Shown: positions 1-10,256 of the stretch, in pieces | Position numbering within the stretch: position 1 is the first letter of the stretch | Layout of the letters: every line of letters starts with the position of its first letter | Source of the DNA: Oopsacas minuta | Taxonomy: Eukaryota > Animalia > Porifera | NCBI GenBank assembly: GCA_024704765.1 | Contig: JAKMXF010000321.1 | Span: 806,001 to 870,000 of the forward strand | Direction of reading: 5' to 3' | Length of the DNA stretch: 64,000 nt | The notes under the pieces: model-generated | Told to the model about the DNA's origin: nothing | The model's input: only the letters and a program-made list of their open reading frames with translations | Databases searched by the model: none | Position numbers and translations under genes: made by a program

Positions 1-969
1 GTATTAGTCTATCATTTTGTCAGATTCCTTATTTTCCCAGATTATCTGCTGTAATAATAACTTTATGTTTGTATTTGTCTATTATAATTAATCTCATTAA
101 ATCATTGAATATTCCAGAAGTGTCTGCTATAAACATAGAAACTATCTAAAATACTAATATAGTACACTTCATTATTGGATCACATCAAACATAAAAACGC
201 GGAAAATGGTTTTGGATTCATTAAAACTCAGGTTGATGTAAGTAATTGGTAGTTCTATTAAGCTGAGCTATTATATTCTCTTGCAGACCATTAACCGCTA
301 CTCATTTTTTGGACCGCGCTGCCGCCCAGGAATGTAGCGTACCCCCAAATGTAAGAGAATTTATCACACCTATCCTTTTGATTCTCTTCTTTCCCTTATC
401 TATTTGTTAATGCTAACGTTTGAAGTCACATACTACTTTAATCATATGTACATACCTTCTATTAGTTCTATTCAAGGTATAAGAATGTCCAGCCGATAGG
501 CTGGTAGTGCAGTTCTAGCCAATTTTGTACCCAACTTCCAATCCAGCCGTCGAAGCCATTTCTCTAGCATCGTTTGAATATTCGTGAAAAGGTCAAAATG
601 CGATTAATCATGCAGATATGGAATTGAATTTGACGGACCGTCGTGCATACTGTCCATGTCATTCGGACATCCCCCTGGGGAGCTCCACTAAACCTCGACC
701 TGAATTTAGAAAATTCCTGAAGCTACTGAAACAGGAAATTCTGACTAAAGACGAAATTTGACTACAACTATAGCTATTTGAACACCATTAATACTAACAA
801 TAATAAGAAGTAAGCCAAATACAAATATTTATAAAGTAGAGAGCTGAAAAATATCCAAATATACATAAACATCCATTATCCTAATATGATGATAGATAGA
901 TACAAGAGTCCTAAGTACGCTAATTAGGCCTAAAGCCTCACCGCTAAACTAACAAGATAAGATAAAATG

Positions 970-3900
970 TCAATGCATTTCGGAGTCAATGAAAATACGT
1001 AGAATAGCATTATCAACCTGTTCTTTAGAAACTTCCTGAAGATTTCCAATCAGATCTCCCAATTCAGTTTTCATCACTTGTTCAAACTTGGACAATTTCT
1101 TTCCAGTATTTATTCCATAATACTTGATTTGGAATTCTTTCATTCTGGCCCAGACATCTCTTTGCCAATCAAACAGACACTTGGTACCATGATTACAACA
1201 ACAACAGTTTGATTTATCACTCATTTTATTATGTCGATTGTAATTCGGAAAGTCTCCATGTGGTGGTGCGTCGAATATATGGATGATTATGTTTCTATTT
1301 TGGGTATGAGTATTCCATTTACATTTAGTGGCTGCAGTCGCTAGACCATCCAATGCTGCTTCTGGATAGTCTCCACCACCAGTAGCCTTAACTTCTTTAA
1401 GAAATTGTTGAATTTCTTCGTGTTGTGAAGTAAAGTTGTTTCCAATCGGAAACATTTCAACAACTGTCTCATCACAGTGATCACGATAGATAACGACTTT
1501 AAAATTTGACATACTTCCTCTTTGTTTGTAGTTGTTAATGAATTTTTTAACAGATTTTCTTGCCTTTTTGATATCTGTATGCATGGATCCAGTTCCATCA
1601 ATAACGAAACAGATATTGTAGTCAAACGAAGATGGCGAATTGTAAATATCATCAACAGAAGTATATTGTGTATATTTCATTTCTATTCCTTTTTGTGCGT
1701 AGTAATGTATGATTGCTTTACCAAACCTATCCCAGATTCGTTCCATTTTTTCTTGATTACTTCGCTGTAAAGCTAGAAACCTATATTCCTTAGGGAGTTC
1801 CCAGTTCCAATCCATTTTAGACTTTTCTTTGAACTGACCCCAATTTAACATTTTACCGTGTAGAATAAGTTCAGTATCTTCTTTATAGTCGTCACAAGTG
1901 AATAATACTACAGATTTATCCCTGTCATCCTTCCACACCTTACCCCCCATTGAACACATTTGGTGACCAGTCTTTATCTGACATTTCCCATCGTTTGGAT
2001 GGAGTTTTCTATCACAAAATTTGCCACAACTTGGACATTGGTTTGGACAACCGAGTACATCTTTTTCATAGATTTCTTTGATATGTCGCACCATTATTCC
2101 AAAGTCTTCACGAGAAATTTCATACTTGCAATCACGAACAACTCGCGTAAATTCTGTGATGTACTCGTAGATATTGAATATATTTTCAGAGTTAAACATT
2201 TTAGTGTTTTCCAACTTTTTGAAGAGATCTTCACTAAGAACACAATGTCGTGAATTTGGTTTATTGCATAATATGTAAGTGTCAGATTTTTTGATTTTTA
2301 CTCCATCTAATTCGAAAATGTCTGAAAAATATTTATTGAATTCTTCTGCATTGACTTTGGGGTCTAGATACATCTTTAAATATGTTACCATTGCTTTGAA
2401 CGGACTTTCTCTCTCCTTCGCCTTCTGTTCGGAATTATTCTTTTTGCTGTTTTGCAAATCAATTACATCAAAGTTGCTATCTGAATCGAATGCATTTTGC
2501 TCAGAGTTTCTCTGTTCAGAGCATGATTCAATCAAGTCATTTGTCATTGCTTCTAGAACCTTTGTAATATCATTCATGTGTTTTACAAAATCAGCTTTCA
2601 TCTGTGAAACGATTATATTGTATAATTCATCTTCAACTTGACTCCATTTATACTTGAATAAGCTCCTGATTACCTCGTTTCGATTACATATGTATTGGAC
2701 AACAATATGGTTTGTATCAAAAACTTTGTCATCAGATTTATACAGCTCCTCTGTAATTATATGGTTTGCTTCAAAGAAGATGGTTTCGTTTGAGAAATAG
2801 TCTTTTCGTTTGTTGAGATTGCATTCGATAAGTTGCCTAGACATATTTGATATTCCTCTTCCTACACCTTCTATGAAGTCCACCGCGAACTTTTGAGAGA
2901 TTGCTTTATCGCTATCTCTCATTTTCTCACGATCCCATTCCCCTCTTACCATTTTTCGATTTTCGATTTTTTGCAAAAAGTACTGGCAGTAAGTAATTTT
3001 CTTCTTTTCCTTTATCTTTTTATCCTCGGATAGTTTATTCCTTGTTCTTTCCCAAATAGATTCGAATGCAAGAGCAAACACGAATGTTCCTATTGTCCTC
3101 TCTGCGGTATTACTCAACTTTGCATGAATAAATCCGATTTCATAGTTTACAATTTTGAATAATTGAGTTAGGTAGTTAATCATCTCTTTGACTGTTGCTG
3201 CTGAAATATTTGGATCTTTTTCGATGAATCTTTCTATTTCCTTCTTAATGTTATTCAATAATTTACTCCATGTGCTTCTTTTGGTCTTGTTTGGATCTTT
3301 TAACTGAGATACCAACAATAAGATTTGACTTTCTTTGTTCAATTTGCCCCAAATTATGTCTGGATGGTTGAAGTATCCTGAACAATATTGGATTAGTGGG
3401 TGGCATTCCTTTGGGGCTAATCCTATGATTTCAGGGTTCTTTTCTGGTTGAATCGATTTGCAATTTCCGAACAAATAATCTTTACTAAAGTACTCATAAT
3501 CCTCTTTCCCTATGTAAGGAGTCATTTCCTTGATTACTTGATTATTTCCATTGGTAGCATAGAATAACCTCTCTGACCCTTCGATTTGAGTTGGCTGACA
3601 TTGGAATCTTGTAAGAGTATCTTCAGAAATGTCTTGTATTATTTCTTTCATTTGAAAGTTCATACTACGAAAAAGTTCGTAGGTTGTTGACATTTTTTCC
3701 ATTACCTTTGATTCCATCATAAATATCGAATATAAGTTGCTAAAACTCTGATAAATTTCAGTTTCTTCTTCTTCTTTCAAATCACAATTTCCGAAACATT
3801 CTTCCCAGGTTGTTTCGAAAGCATGCTTTTGTTCTTCTACATTGATTTCTAGATATTTATCCACGTTTTTAATGATTAATTCTTGAAATTTTATCATGCT

Positions 3901-6900
3901 CTGAGATAATTTAATCTCCGTAAGAACTGCATTAATCTGAAATTTGAAGCTATCTTCATACTCCTTCCTCACCATATATAGTAATTTAAGTAGGTTTGAT
4001 TTCGCTTCGCTACAAATACGAAACAATTCTTTGAGTTGCCTATCATCTTGACATTTCTTCAAAAGGTCTGCCACACAACGTTCGTAGTATATATTGAAGG
4101 TCTCATCAAACTTTAGCATTACGCTTGTTAGTTGTTGATTTGAGTTCACTTGTGTTTTTATGTCTTGTATTTCTTGGGTTAGTATTTCTGCAGTTTGATC
4201 GAAGAGATCTCTTTTACTGTAAATATATTTTCCCATTATTTCAGAGATTATACTGTTGAGCAATTCACTGCATTTAATCTCTTGATAATCATCATACTTC
4301 ACAATATCTTGATAATTGATTATTGTGTCCCAAACAGTGCCAGACATTTGTATCCACTCACTCATTGTTTGAAAGTGTTCTATCTCATTAGTTTTCATGT
4401 TATCTAACTTGTCAATAATAGCAAGCCTCAATTTTGCACATTTTTCTGCAAATGAAATAGTCGGAGATAATTTGATTACGTCTGAATCAAATAGTTTAGA
4501 ATTTGGTTTATTCATTGAATCCGAATTGAATGCTGAAGGAAGGATGAATAGATTTTCTTCTGTAATTTGAATTAAATCTGACATCTTAACACCCTCAGTA
4601 TCTGACATATAGGATTCTGTATTGATGTTATTCATCAGAATATTCATAGATTCTAAATGTTTCCCAGGATCAGGATCTGCTTGTTGATTTAATACAAAGA
4701 AGATTTTTGGTGGTGCTACTCTCTTAACTTTCAGTTTGTTTAGAGCATATGCACATATCTGTAACATATTCTGCATTTGAGTGCCTATATCTCCTTTCAC
4801 ATTTATGATTACAACTTGTGACACTGCAAGACAGAACAATACCATAGTTCTGTCAAAATGAATAATAGACGTATCTTGCATACTCTTCTTCTCAATATCA
4901 TTCTTCATCTTTTTCCTTTCAATAGCATCCAAACCTTCTGTATCAAGAATTAACAATTGATGTGTACCATTAACCTTTCGACTTGATCTAGAGAGTGATC
5001 CGTAAATTCCTCTGGTGCATCTGCCTGCACTGGTTAAGAACTTACAGCCAAAGCAGTAGTTCAATAATGTAGATTTTCCTGAACTTTGTGGTCCGAATAT
5101 GCTTACAACAATTGGAGCTTCTTTTTCCTTATTCATTTCTCTCTCACCGGCCAATAGCGAATCGATTTCTTTATCAAAGTATCTTAGATTATCACCATCA
5201 ATTAATTCAAATGCCTCTCCCATTTCCACATGTTTGCTGTAGTTTGATGCAATTTTTTTTTTGAAGTGGTATGCTCCCCTAAAACCTAAATTCCCATACT
5301 TATTATACAACAATGTTTCTCTCCAAAGAATTTCTAGAGTAAATTTCTCTTTATTTTGTTCAATCACATTCTTAGGGAATAGTCTATTCGATAATTGAGA
5401 AAGTTCCTGTGATAATTTCCACAAAATCAGTGTTGAACGATTAGTTTCTAATATTTGGTTGTAACTCTCAACAACTTCACCCATATGCTGATTGAGAATT
5501 TGTTGGTAGAGTAACTGTCTTTCTTCATTCAGTTCATCAATAAGTTTCTGTTCTGTTTCATAACATGATTTATAGAAACAATTCATATATTTCACGAACA
5601 AAGGATAATAATTGAAGGAGGAGAAATTCAATTTATCAGACTCTTCTGTTTCGTTGCATATGTGTTCTGTAATCTTCGTTATCAATTGGTTGTCTGATAT
5701 GATAGCATCCAGACTTTCATGCTTAAGATCTCCTAGTACATTTTCTAGAAATTTCCCTCCAAAATTTTTTTCAGATTTCTGATGCAAAATCTCGTAACCA
5801 ATTTCTCTTAATCTTCTCTTTACAGATTGGATATTGGTGTTTGTGTTGGTGAGATTCGGAACGAAGATTAATTTTGCTGATTTATGGATATAGAAATCTT
5901 CTTCTTGTCTCTTCAATTCGGTTTCATTATAATCTCTGATAAGAAAATATACCCATTTGATTGTCCGTGTTGATTTAAGGGTGTCAATTTCCAACAATGC
6001 GCCACGATTAATGTAATCATTATAACTGATGTGGACTAATGCAATATCCAAGTGTTGAGATATAGCATTGATAACCTCTAATTTGGCATTTCCCTGACAG
6101 TCAAGGTATGCCCATTTAGTGGATTCACTCTTATCCTCCACTTTTTCACCGAATAGATTTTTTGTCATTTGAATGTCAATCGAACCTGAATGAAATGCAC
6201 TCTTTTGAGAACTTGCGTTAACAAAGTCAGTACCAAAAGTCAAATCTAGCAGATATGATTTTCCCATCTGATTCCATCCAGCTCTTCCTATTCCAAATGA
6301 GATTAGTCCATTAAACGATTCCATAGAATACCACAACTCATTGGTTGGTTTGAAACTTATTGCATTATCATTTTGAGAAAGTATAGGATAGTAGAATGGC
6401 ACTGGATTACTGAATGAATAGTGTTCAATACAGAATCCTCTTAATATGGGGTCAGATAACTGGAATATCATATGAAATATTTCATGATTTGTGAGAGATA
6501 TATTACATGTTTTTGCAAGGATTTGAGTGATATCATCAAAGGGAAGACTACACTTTAGGTAATAGAATGTTAATGGTAAAAGTTGTTGAAATATTTCCTT
6601 TGGTGTTTTTCCTGGCAACTCTGCATCTTTCATGATTTCCTCAAATGAATTTACAATTACCATTCTATATGAGTGGAATTTCAGTTCTTCATTTCCGAAA
6701 TGTTCCACTATGTTATGAATTTGTTTATTTTGTTCAATTTGGCATTGTTGAATCAGTTTTTGATCTGGATGATACTGTTCTAGATAATTTCTTATTACTG
6801 ATTCTACCTTTTGTAATTTGATGCTGAGTTCTACGATATCATTTGCACCATATTGATTGATATAGGAAATGTCTTCAGATGTTAATTTTGTATCTAACTC

Positions 6901-7752
6901 AAAGAAATATTTGGATTCTTCATATTTCTTAAAGTATTTCTTCAATTCATTGTACTGCGCATCATTTCTATCGGGTAAAATGTAACAAAGTTGATCTTGT
7001 AATTTCAAATCTCTGTCAATTATCTTCTTCCGTAATTTGGATGGTGTAATTTCCCCAATATTATTCTGAATAATCTCAAGAACTATTTTTCCTTCTTCAT
7101 CAGAAAATGTTAAGAATGATTCTTCCACAAATTTTCTAACTTTTTCTTGTGATATTTTGAGTATATTCGCAATGTCACTAATTGGATATCCCGTATTATA
7201 TTTTTCCTTTATTGAAAATTTTTGTTTTTCAGTCAGAGGTTGCGTTCTGAAATATTCCGAAACTAACTGTACATTAATTTCGCACATGATTGCAATTTCT
7301 TCGTCACTTTCAAATTCTGGGTTTTCTTTCAAATATTCTTCGATTTTGCGTATTACTTCAGGAGTAACTTGGTCAGTTTGCATTTTTATTATTTCTAGCA
7401 CTTGGTTTGCTACTTCGAGTGTAATTTTTATTTTCTTAGATAGAAGTCGAGGTTTATCGATGAATTTTTCTCCTTGTTCGATGATATAGTTTATCTGTTC
7501 TTGCGAAAGGCAAAGCAAATCTAATTTTTCCTGCAGAATCTTAACTTCTGATCCAAGTGAAGAACATTTTATAGGCTCAATATCCAAACCACTCATGTAG
7601 TCTTCAGTTTCAGAATATTTGCCTGTGTATGTTGTCGAAGCGGAAAATTTCGAATCCTCATTCAAAGATTGGAGGGTAGTCGCATCTTGAATTATCTCTT
7701 GTTCAAGATCCTTAGAACCTTGATCTGTTTTAAACTGATCATTACAAGCCAT
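970..7752 (-). CDS. Very large inducible GTPase (VLIG/GVIN1/URGCP-like) with C-terminal vWA domain, single exon, 2260 aa
   Basis: Uninterrupted ORF. G1 GPQSSGKS at 5071-5094 in the context VVSIFGPQSSGKSTLLNYCFGCKFLTSAGRCTRG, and G3 DTEG at 4933-4944; both match the VLIG-type GTPase pattern. A CxxxCPxCxxxC..H motif lies at ~1950-2052. The C-terminal vWA has FVIDGTGSM (MIDAS DxTxS, 1585-1599), GGGDYPEA and IFDAPPHG. Family assignment is from motif recognition only. Confidence 0.9.
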   Translation of the reverse strand: MACNDQFKTDQGSKDLEQEIIQDATTLQSLNEDSKFSASTTYTGKYSETEDYMSGLDIEPIKCSSLGSEVKILQEKLDLLCLSQEQINYIIEQGEKFIDKPRLLSKKIKITLEVANQVLEIIKMQTDQVTPEVIRKIEEYLKENPEFESDEEIAIMCEINVQLVSEYFRTQPLTEKQKFSIKEKYNTGYPISDIANILKISQEKVRKFVEESFLTFSDEEGKIVLEIIQNNIGEITPSKLRKKIIDRDLKLQDQLCYILPDRNDAQYNELKKYFKKYEESKYFFELDTKLTSEDISYINQYGANDIVELSIKLQKVESVIRNYLEQYHPDQKLIQQCQIEQNKQIHNIVEHFGNEELKFHSYRMVIVNSFEEIMKDAELPGKTPKEIFQQLLPLTFYYLKCSLPFDDITQILAKTCNISLTNHEIFHMIFQLSDPILRGFCIEHYSFSNPVPFYYPILSQNDNAISFKPTNELWYSMESFNGLISFGIGRAGWNQMGKSYLLDLTFGTDFVNASSQKSAFHSGSIDIQMTKNLFGEKVEDKSESTKWAYLDCQGNAKLEVINAISQHLDIALVHISYNDYINRGALLEIDTLKSTRTIKWVYFLIRDYNETELKRQEEDFYIHKSAKLIFVPNLTNTNTNIQSVKRRLREIGYEILHQKSEKNFGGKFLENVLGDLKHESLDAIISDNQLITKITEHICNETEESDKLNFSSFNYYPLFVKYMNCFYKSCYETEQKLIDELNEERQLLYQQILNQHMGEVVESYNQILETNRSTLILWKLSQELSQLSNRLFPKNVIEQNKEKFTLEILWRETLLYNKYGNLGFRGAYHFKKKIASNYSKHVEMGEAFELIDGDNLRYFDKEIDSLLAGEREMNKEKEAPIVVSIFGPQSSGKSTLLNYCFGCKFLTSAGRCTRGIYGSLSRSSRKVNGTHQLLILDTEGLDAIERKKMKNDIEKKSMQDTSIIHFDRTMVLFCLAVSQVVIINVKGDIGTQMQNMLQICAYALNKLKVKRVAPPKIFFVLNQQADPDPGKHLESMNILMNNINTESYMSDTEGVKMSDLIQITEENLFILPSAFNSDSMNKPNSKLFDSDVIKLSPTISFAEKCAKLRLAIIDKLDNMKTNEIEHFQTMSEWIQMSGTVWDTIINYQDIVKYDDYQEIKCSELLNSIISEIMGKYIYSKRDLFDQTAEILTQEIQDIKTQVNSNQQLTSVMLKFDETFNIYYERCVADLLKKCQDDRQLKELFRICSEAKSNLLKLLYMVRKEYEDSFKFQINAVLTEIKLSQSMIKFQELIIKNVDKYLEINVEEQKHAFETTWEECFGNCDLKEEEETEIYQSFSNLYSIFMMESKVMEKMSTTYELFRSMNFQMKEIIQDISEDTLTRFQCQPTQIEGSERLFYATNGNNQVIKEMTPYIGKEDYEYFSKDYLFGNCKSIQPEKNPEIIGLAPKECHPLIQYCSGYFNHPDIIWGKLNKESQILLLVSQLKDPNKTKRSTWSKLLNNIKKEIERFIEKDPNISAATVKEMINYLTQLFKIVNYEIGFIHAKLSNTAERTIGTFVFALAFESIWERTRNKLSEDKKIKEKKKITYCQYFLQKIENRKMVRGEWDREKMRDSDKAISQKFAVDFIEGVGRGISNMSRQLIECNLNKRKDYFSNETIFFEANHIITEELYKSDDKVFDTNHIVVQYICNRNEVIRSLFKYKWSQVEDELYNIIVSQMKADFVKHMNDITKVLEAMTNDLIESCSEQRNSEQNAFDSDSNFDVIDLQNSKKNNSEQKAKERESPFKAMVTYLKMYLDPKVNAEEFNKYFSDIFELDGVKIKKSDTYILCNKPNSRHCVLSEDLFKKLENTKMFNSENIFNIYEYITEFTRVVRDCKYEISREDFGIMVRHIKEIYEKDVLGCPNQCPSCGKFCDRKLHPNDGKCQIKTGHQMCSMGGKVWKDDRDKSVVLFTCDDYKEDTELILHGKMLNWGQFKEKSKMDWNWELPKEYRFLALQRSNQEKMERIWDRFGKAIIHYYAQKGIEMKYTQYTSVDDIYNSPSSFDYNICFVIDGTGSMHTDIKKARKSVKKFINNYKQRGSMSNFKVVIYRDHCDETVVEMFPIGNNFTSQHEEIQQFLKEVKATGGGDYPEAALDGLATAATKCKWNTHTQNRNIIIHIFDAPPHGDFPNYNRHNKMSDKSNCCCCNHGTKCLFDWQRDVWARMKEFQIKYYGINTGKKLSKFEQVMKTELGDLIGNLQEVSKEQVDNAILRIFIDSEMH

Positions 7753-8252
7753 ACTAAACGTACACTGCTCTAATCTAATAATTTGAAATAGAACATGTCA
7801 TTAGAATAAGGTAATACGGTTTATTGTTATCAAGTTACGAAGCAGGGCTAACTTTAGCACTTTCTTGGTTTCTAAACTGAAATTTCATACATATAAGAAT
7901 GTGAAATTGAAAAGCATGCTAGAGATTAAGTTTCAATAGGGTGTAAAGGGTAGATGGACGCGTTAGAGCCCGATTTTGAGATTTTGAGAGTCTAAATAAT
8001 GAAAGTTACAAATTCCCATATTTATCATATGATTAATCACATTTTCATATGTTTTGTTTATATTTCAAAATGAGGTTAGATTCGTTCCAACGGCTACTCT
8101 GGGGTATTTGAGGATGGCAATTCCAACATTGAAATTTTCAAATCTGCATCTGTATGATTTTCATATGATTAATTAGGTTTCCACACTTTTTGAAAATCTG
8201 TATTTGAATATTACGCTAGAGCTAGAAATTTCATTTCAACTGTTTGTTCGAA

Positions 8253-8272
8253 GGGGGGAGGGGGGAGGGGGG
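8253..8272 (+). repeat. G6-A-G6-A-G6 purine tract
   Basis: Read directly as ggggggaggggggagggggg, about 500 bp upstream of the VLIG start codon. Confidence 0.8.
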
Positions 8273-8877
8273 TAATTGAGTATGTAGATACTAAATAATC
8301 TTTTCAAATATATATCTACACGATTTATCATTTCAAAATTGTACAAAGATTTAGTTCCAACGGTTAGTCAGGAGGTATACTGACACATAGGCTCGAACTT
8401 TGAATATTGTATCTACAGGATTTATCACATGATTACTCCTTAGCCCACTATGCTTACGGCCAGACAGTAACTAGCGGATTTTGTACTAGGGATACATTAG
8501 CCGATATAACAAATTATACGTGATTTCTATGTATGTATTGAATACTGTAGAGCTCTGATTAAGACGGCTCTCGGTTAATGTGTGCTTTCTCCACAACCAA
8601 TTGTCAATTCTTGTACCAATTCAATAAATTCTAAATGCATAGTTATGCCACTTTCCAGAATCGTGTAATTCAAATTCAATATAGCATACCATACATCTTT
8701 CCTTTACCACGAAGAAGCAGTCAAACACAAATTTGCATTCTAATAATTCTGATTATTTTAGATTACATTTAGTGGATAGGGAGTTGACTATTATATTATG
8801 GAACTATTACTGGTGTAAAGTTTGGGGCTGTAGGTAGCTCATCGTTTTTGAGTTACAGCTTCAACAAACAGAATTGG

Positions 8878-9031
8878 ATTTCCTTACAACACAGGACCGT
8901 CTTTACATCCATTCATAGCAACCATTGTTATTAAAATATGTTTAACTACTCGCTTCCGTCATAAACATACAACTGTCAAGCAGTATAGGCAATGGAACAT
9001 GGTTTAAACACAGTTTGTAAAGCAGAATTTT
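8878..9031 (+). repeat. Dispersed repeat fragment, second copy at 38569-38714
   Basis: Both copies share atttcctta(g)caacac...cattcata(g)caaccatt...tacaactgtca.gca...aacatggtttaaacacag...aaagcag.atttt in the same orientation; visibly diverged. Confidence 0.65.
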
Positions 9032-9290
9032 AGTGCAGCACCTATAGGGAGATGACCTAATGACATGGATGATGTACGACTTGTGCACGTCCGTCATTCC
9101 ACGGGGCCGTGCGAAATCTAGCAATCCAAATTAAATGAAAATTGGTACACATATACATTTTAAGTAGGAATTTTGCATCTCGGAAATGAATTTCTGCTCA
9201 AGCCAAAATCTTAGAACAATGTCCTTGATCTGGCAACACTTGACTAGTAATCCTGTAGAAGCAATACTGTAAAACGCAATTACTCTATGT

Positions 9291-9600
9291 CAGGGGTGGG
9301 CACAAAAGTTAGCTTTCGGGCCGCAGTGAAATTTGGAGGCGACTTGGAGAGCCACAAGACTTGAGGATGTTTTCTACTACCATGAATATAGAGAAGTGGG
9401 ATTGCAATTATATGTGTACTTGAATTACAAAGCAGTTATAGAAAGGTAGGGATATATATGGAAGAATACAATATACTCATCTCAAGTCACTGAAGGTTAA
9501 AAGTGTCATAAAAATTCTTTGGGCCGCATTGATGCCCTTTTCAAACGAATACTGAGGGCGGTATAAATTGAGCGAGCAGGCCGCACTTTGCCCACATGTG
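9291..9600. mobile_element. hAT-type MITE, 310 bp, with an exact 8-bp target-site duplication
   Basis: Left end caggggtgggca; right end tgcccacatgtg (reverse complement cacatgtgggca). Subterminal gggccgca/ggccgca motifs. ctctatgt occurs at both 9283-9290 and 9601-9608. An 8-bp TSD with CAG-start TIRs is typical of hAT elements. Confidence 0.85.
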
Positions 9601-9607
9601 CTCTATG

Positions 9608-9858
9608 TGTATGTTTGTATGTCCAGAATTGGTTGAAGAAACTGGAAGCCTCCCAGAGCTAATTTTTTGCATACAGGGGTATTTTGGGCTTGGCTCGGAG
9701 AATTTCGAGTCTTGGACGAAAATCCACACCAATGACGAAATTATGACGTAATTGTCACCTTAAGTTTTGCTACAATTTCAAAATTGCATAGCGTAAATCA
9801 TTTCCTTGACAACCGACAAACAGACAGACAAACAGACAACAATTGAGATTTTATGGAT
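9608..9858 (+). mobile_element. Interspersed repeat family A, copy 1 (Helentron/DINE-1-like non-autonomous element, tentative)
   Basis: Begins tgtatgtttgtat and ends in (cagac/agaca)n microsatellite-like sequence. The core ggctcgga..ttcgagtcttggacgaaa..cacacc...gaaattatgac..attgtcacct (9691-9760) recurs inverted at 11786-11855 and direct at 40134-40202. Confidence 0.65.
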
Positions 9859-10208
9859 TCAAATTTTATTGAATTCTGTTCACTTCACGACAAATGCACA
9901 GATTTAATATATCTCAGAATTGAGAAATTCGAATTCTATATGACTCCATACATTCTTTGCTTGATAACGAACAGACAGATAGAACAATTGCAATGTTGTT
10001 TTCATGAGTATATAGTAAACAAAATGATGAAATTTCAAAATATCGGTAGAGATTTGTTATCTATCTCCCCACCAGGATAAACATATATGATATGGATTGA
10101 CATTGGTGTTGGAAAATCATGTTACCACACTGAAATATTGACTCAAATTCCAAATCGTAAATTTCGGCTTGCATCTTAACATCAATACATGTTATATTAC
10201 CTTATTTG

Positions 10209-10256
10209 GGTATATACTTGTACATTGTATTAATCTACAATGTACAAGTATATACC
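10209..10256. repeat. Perfect 21-bp inverted repeat with 6-nt loop
   Basis: ggtatatacttgtacattgta-ttaatc-tacaatgtacaagtatatacc; arms are exact reverse complements. Confidence 0.9.

Noticed and set aside
490-760. Possible degraded coding fragment (YPTSNPAVE..., MELNLTDRRAYCPCH...), faintly integrase-like
   Set aside because: Interrupted by stops, only ~45 codons open, and no convincing catalytic motif.
1341-7489. Short ORFs overlapping the VLIG gene on either strand
   Set aside because: Shadow ORFs of a long coding sequence with no independent protein features.
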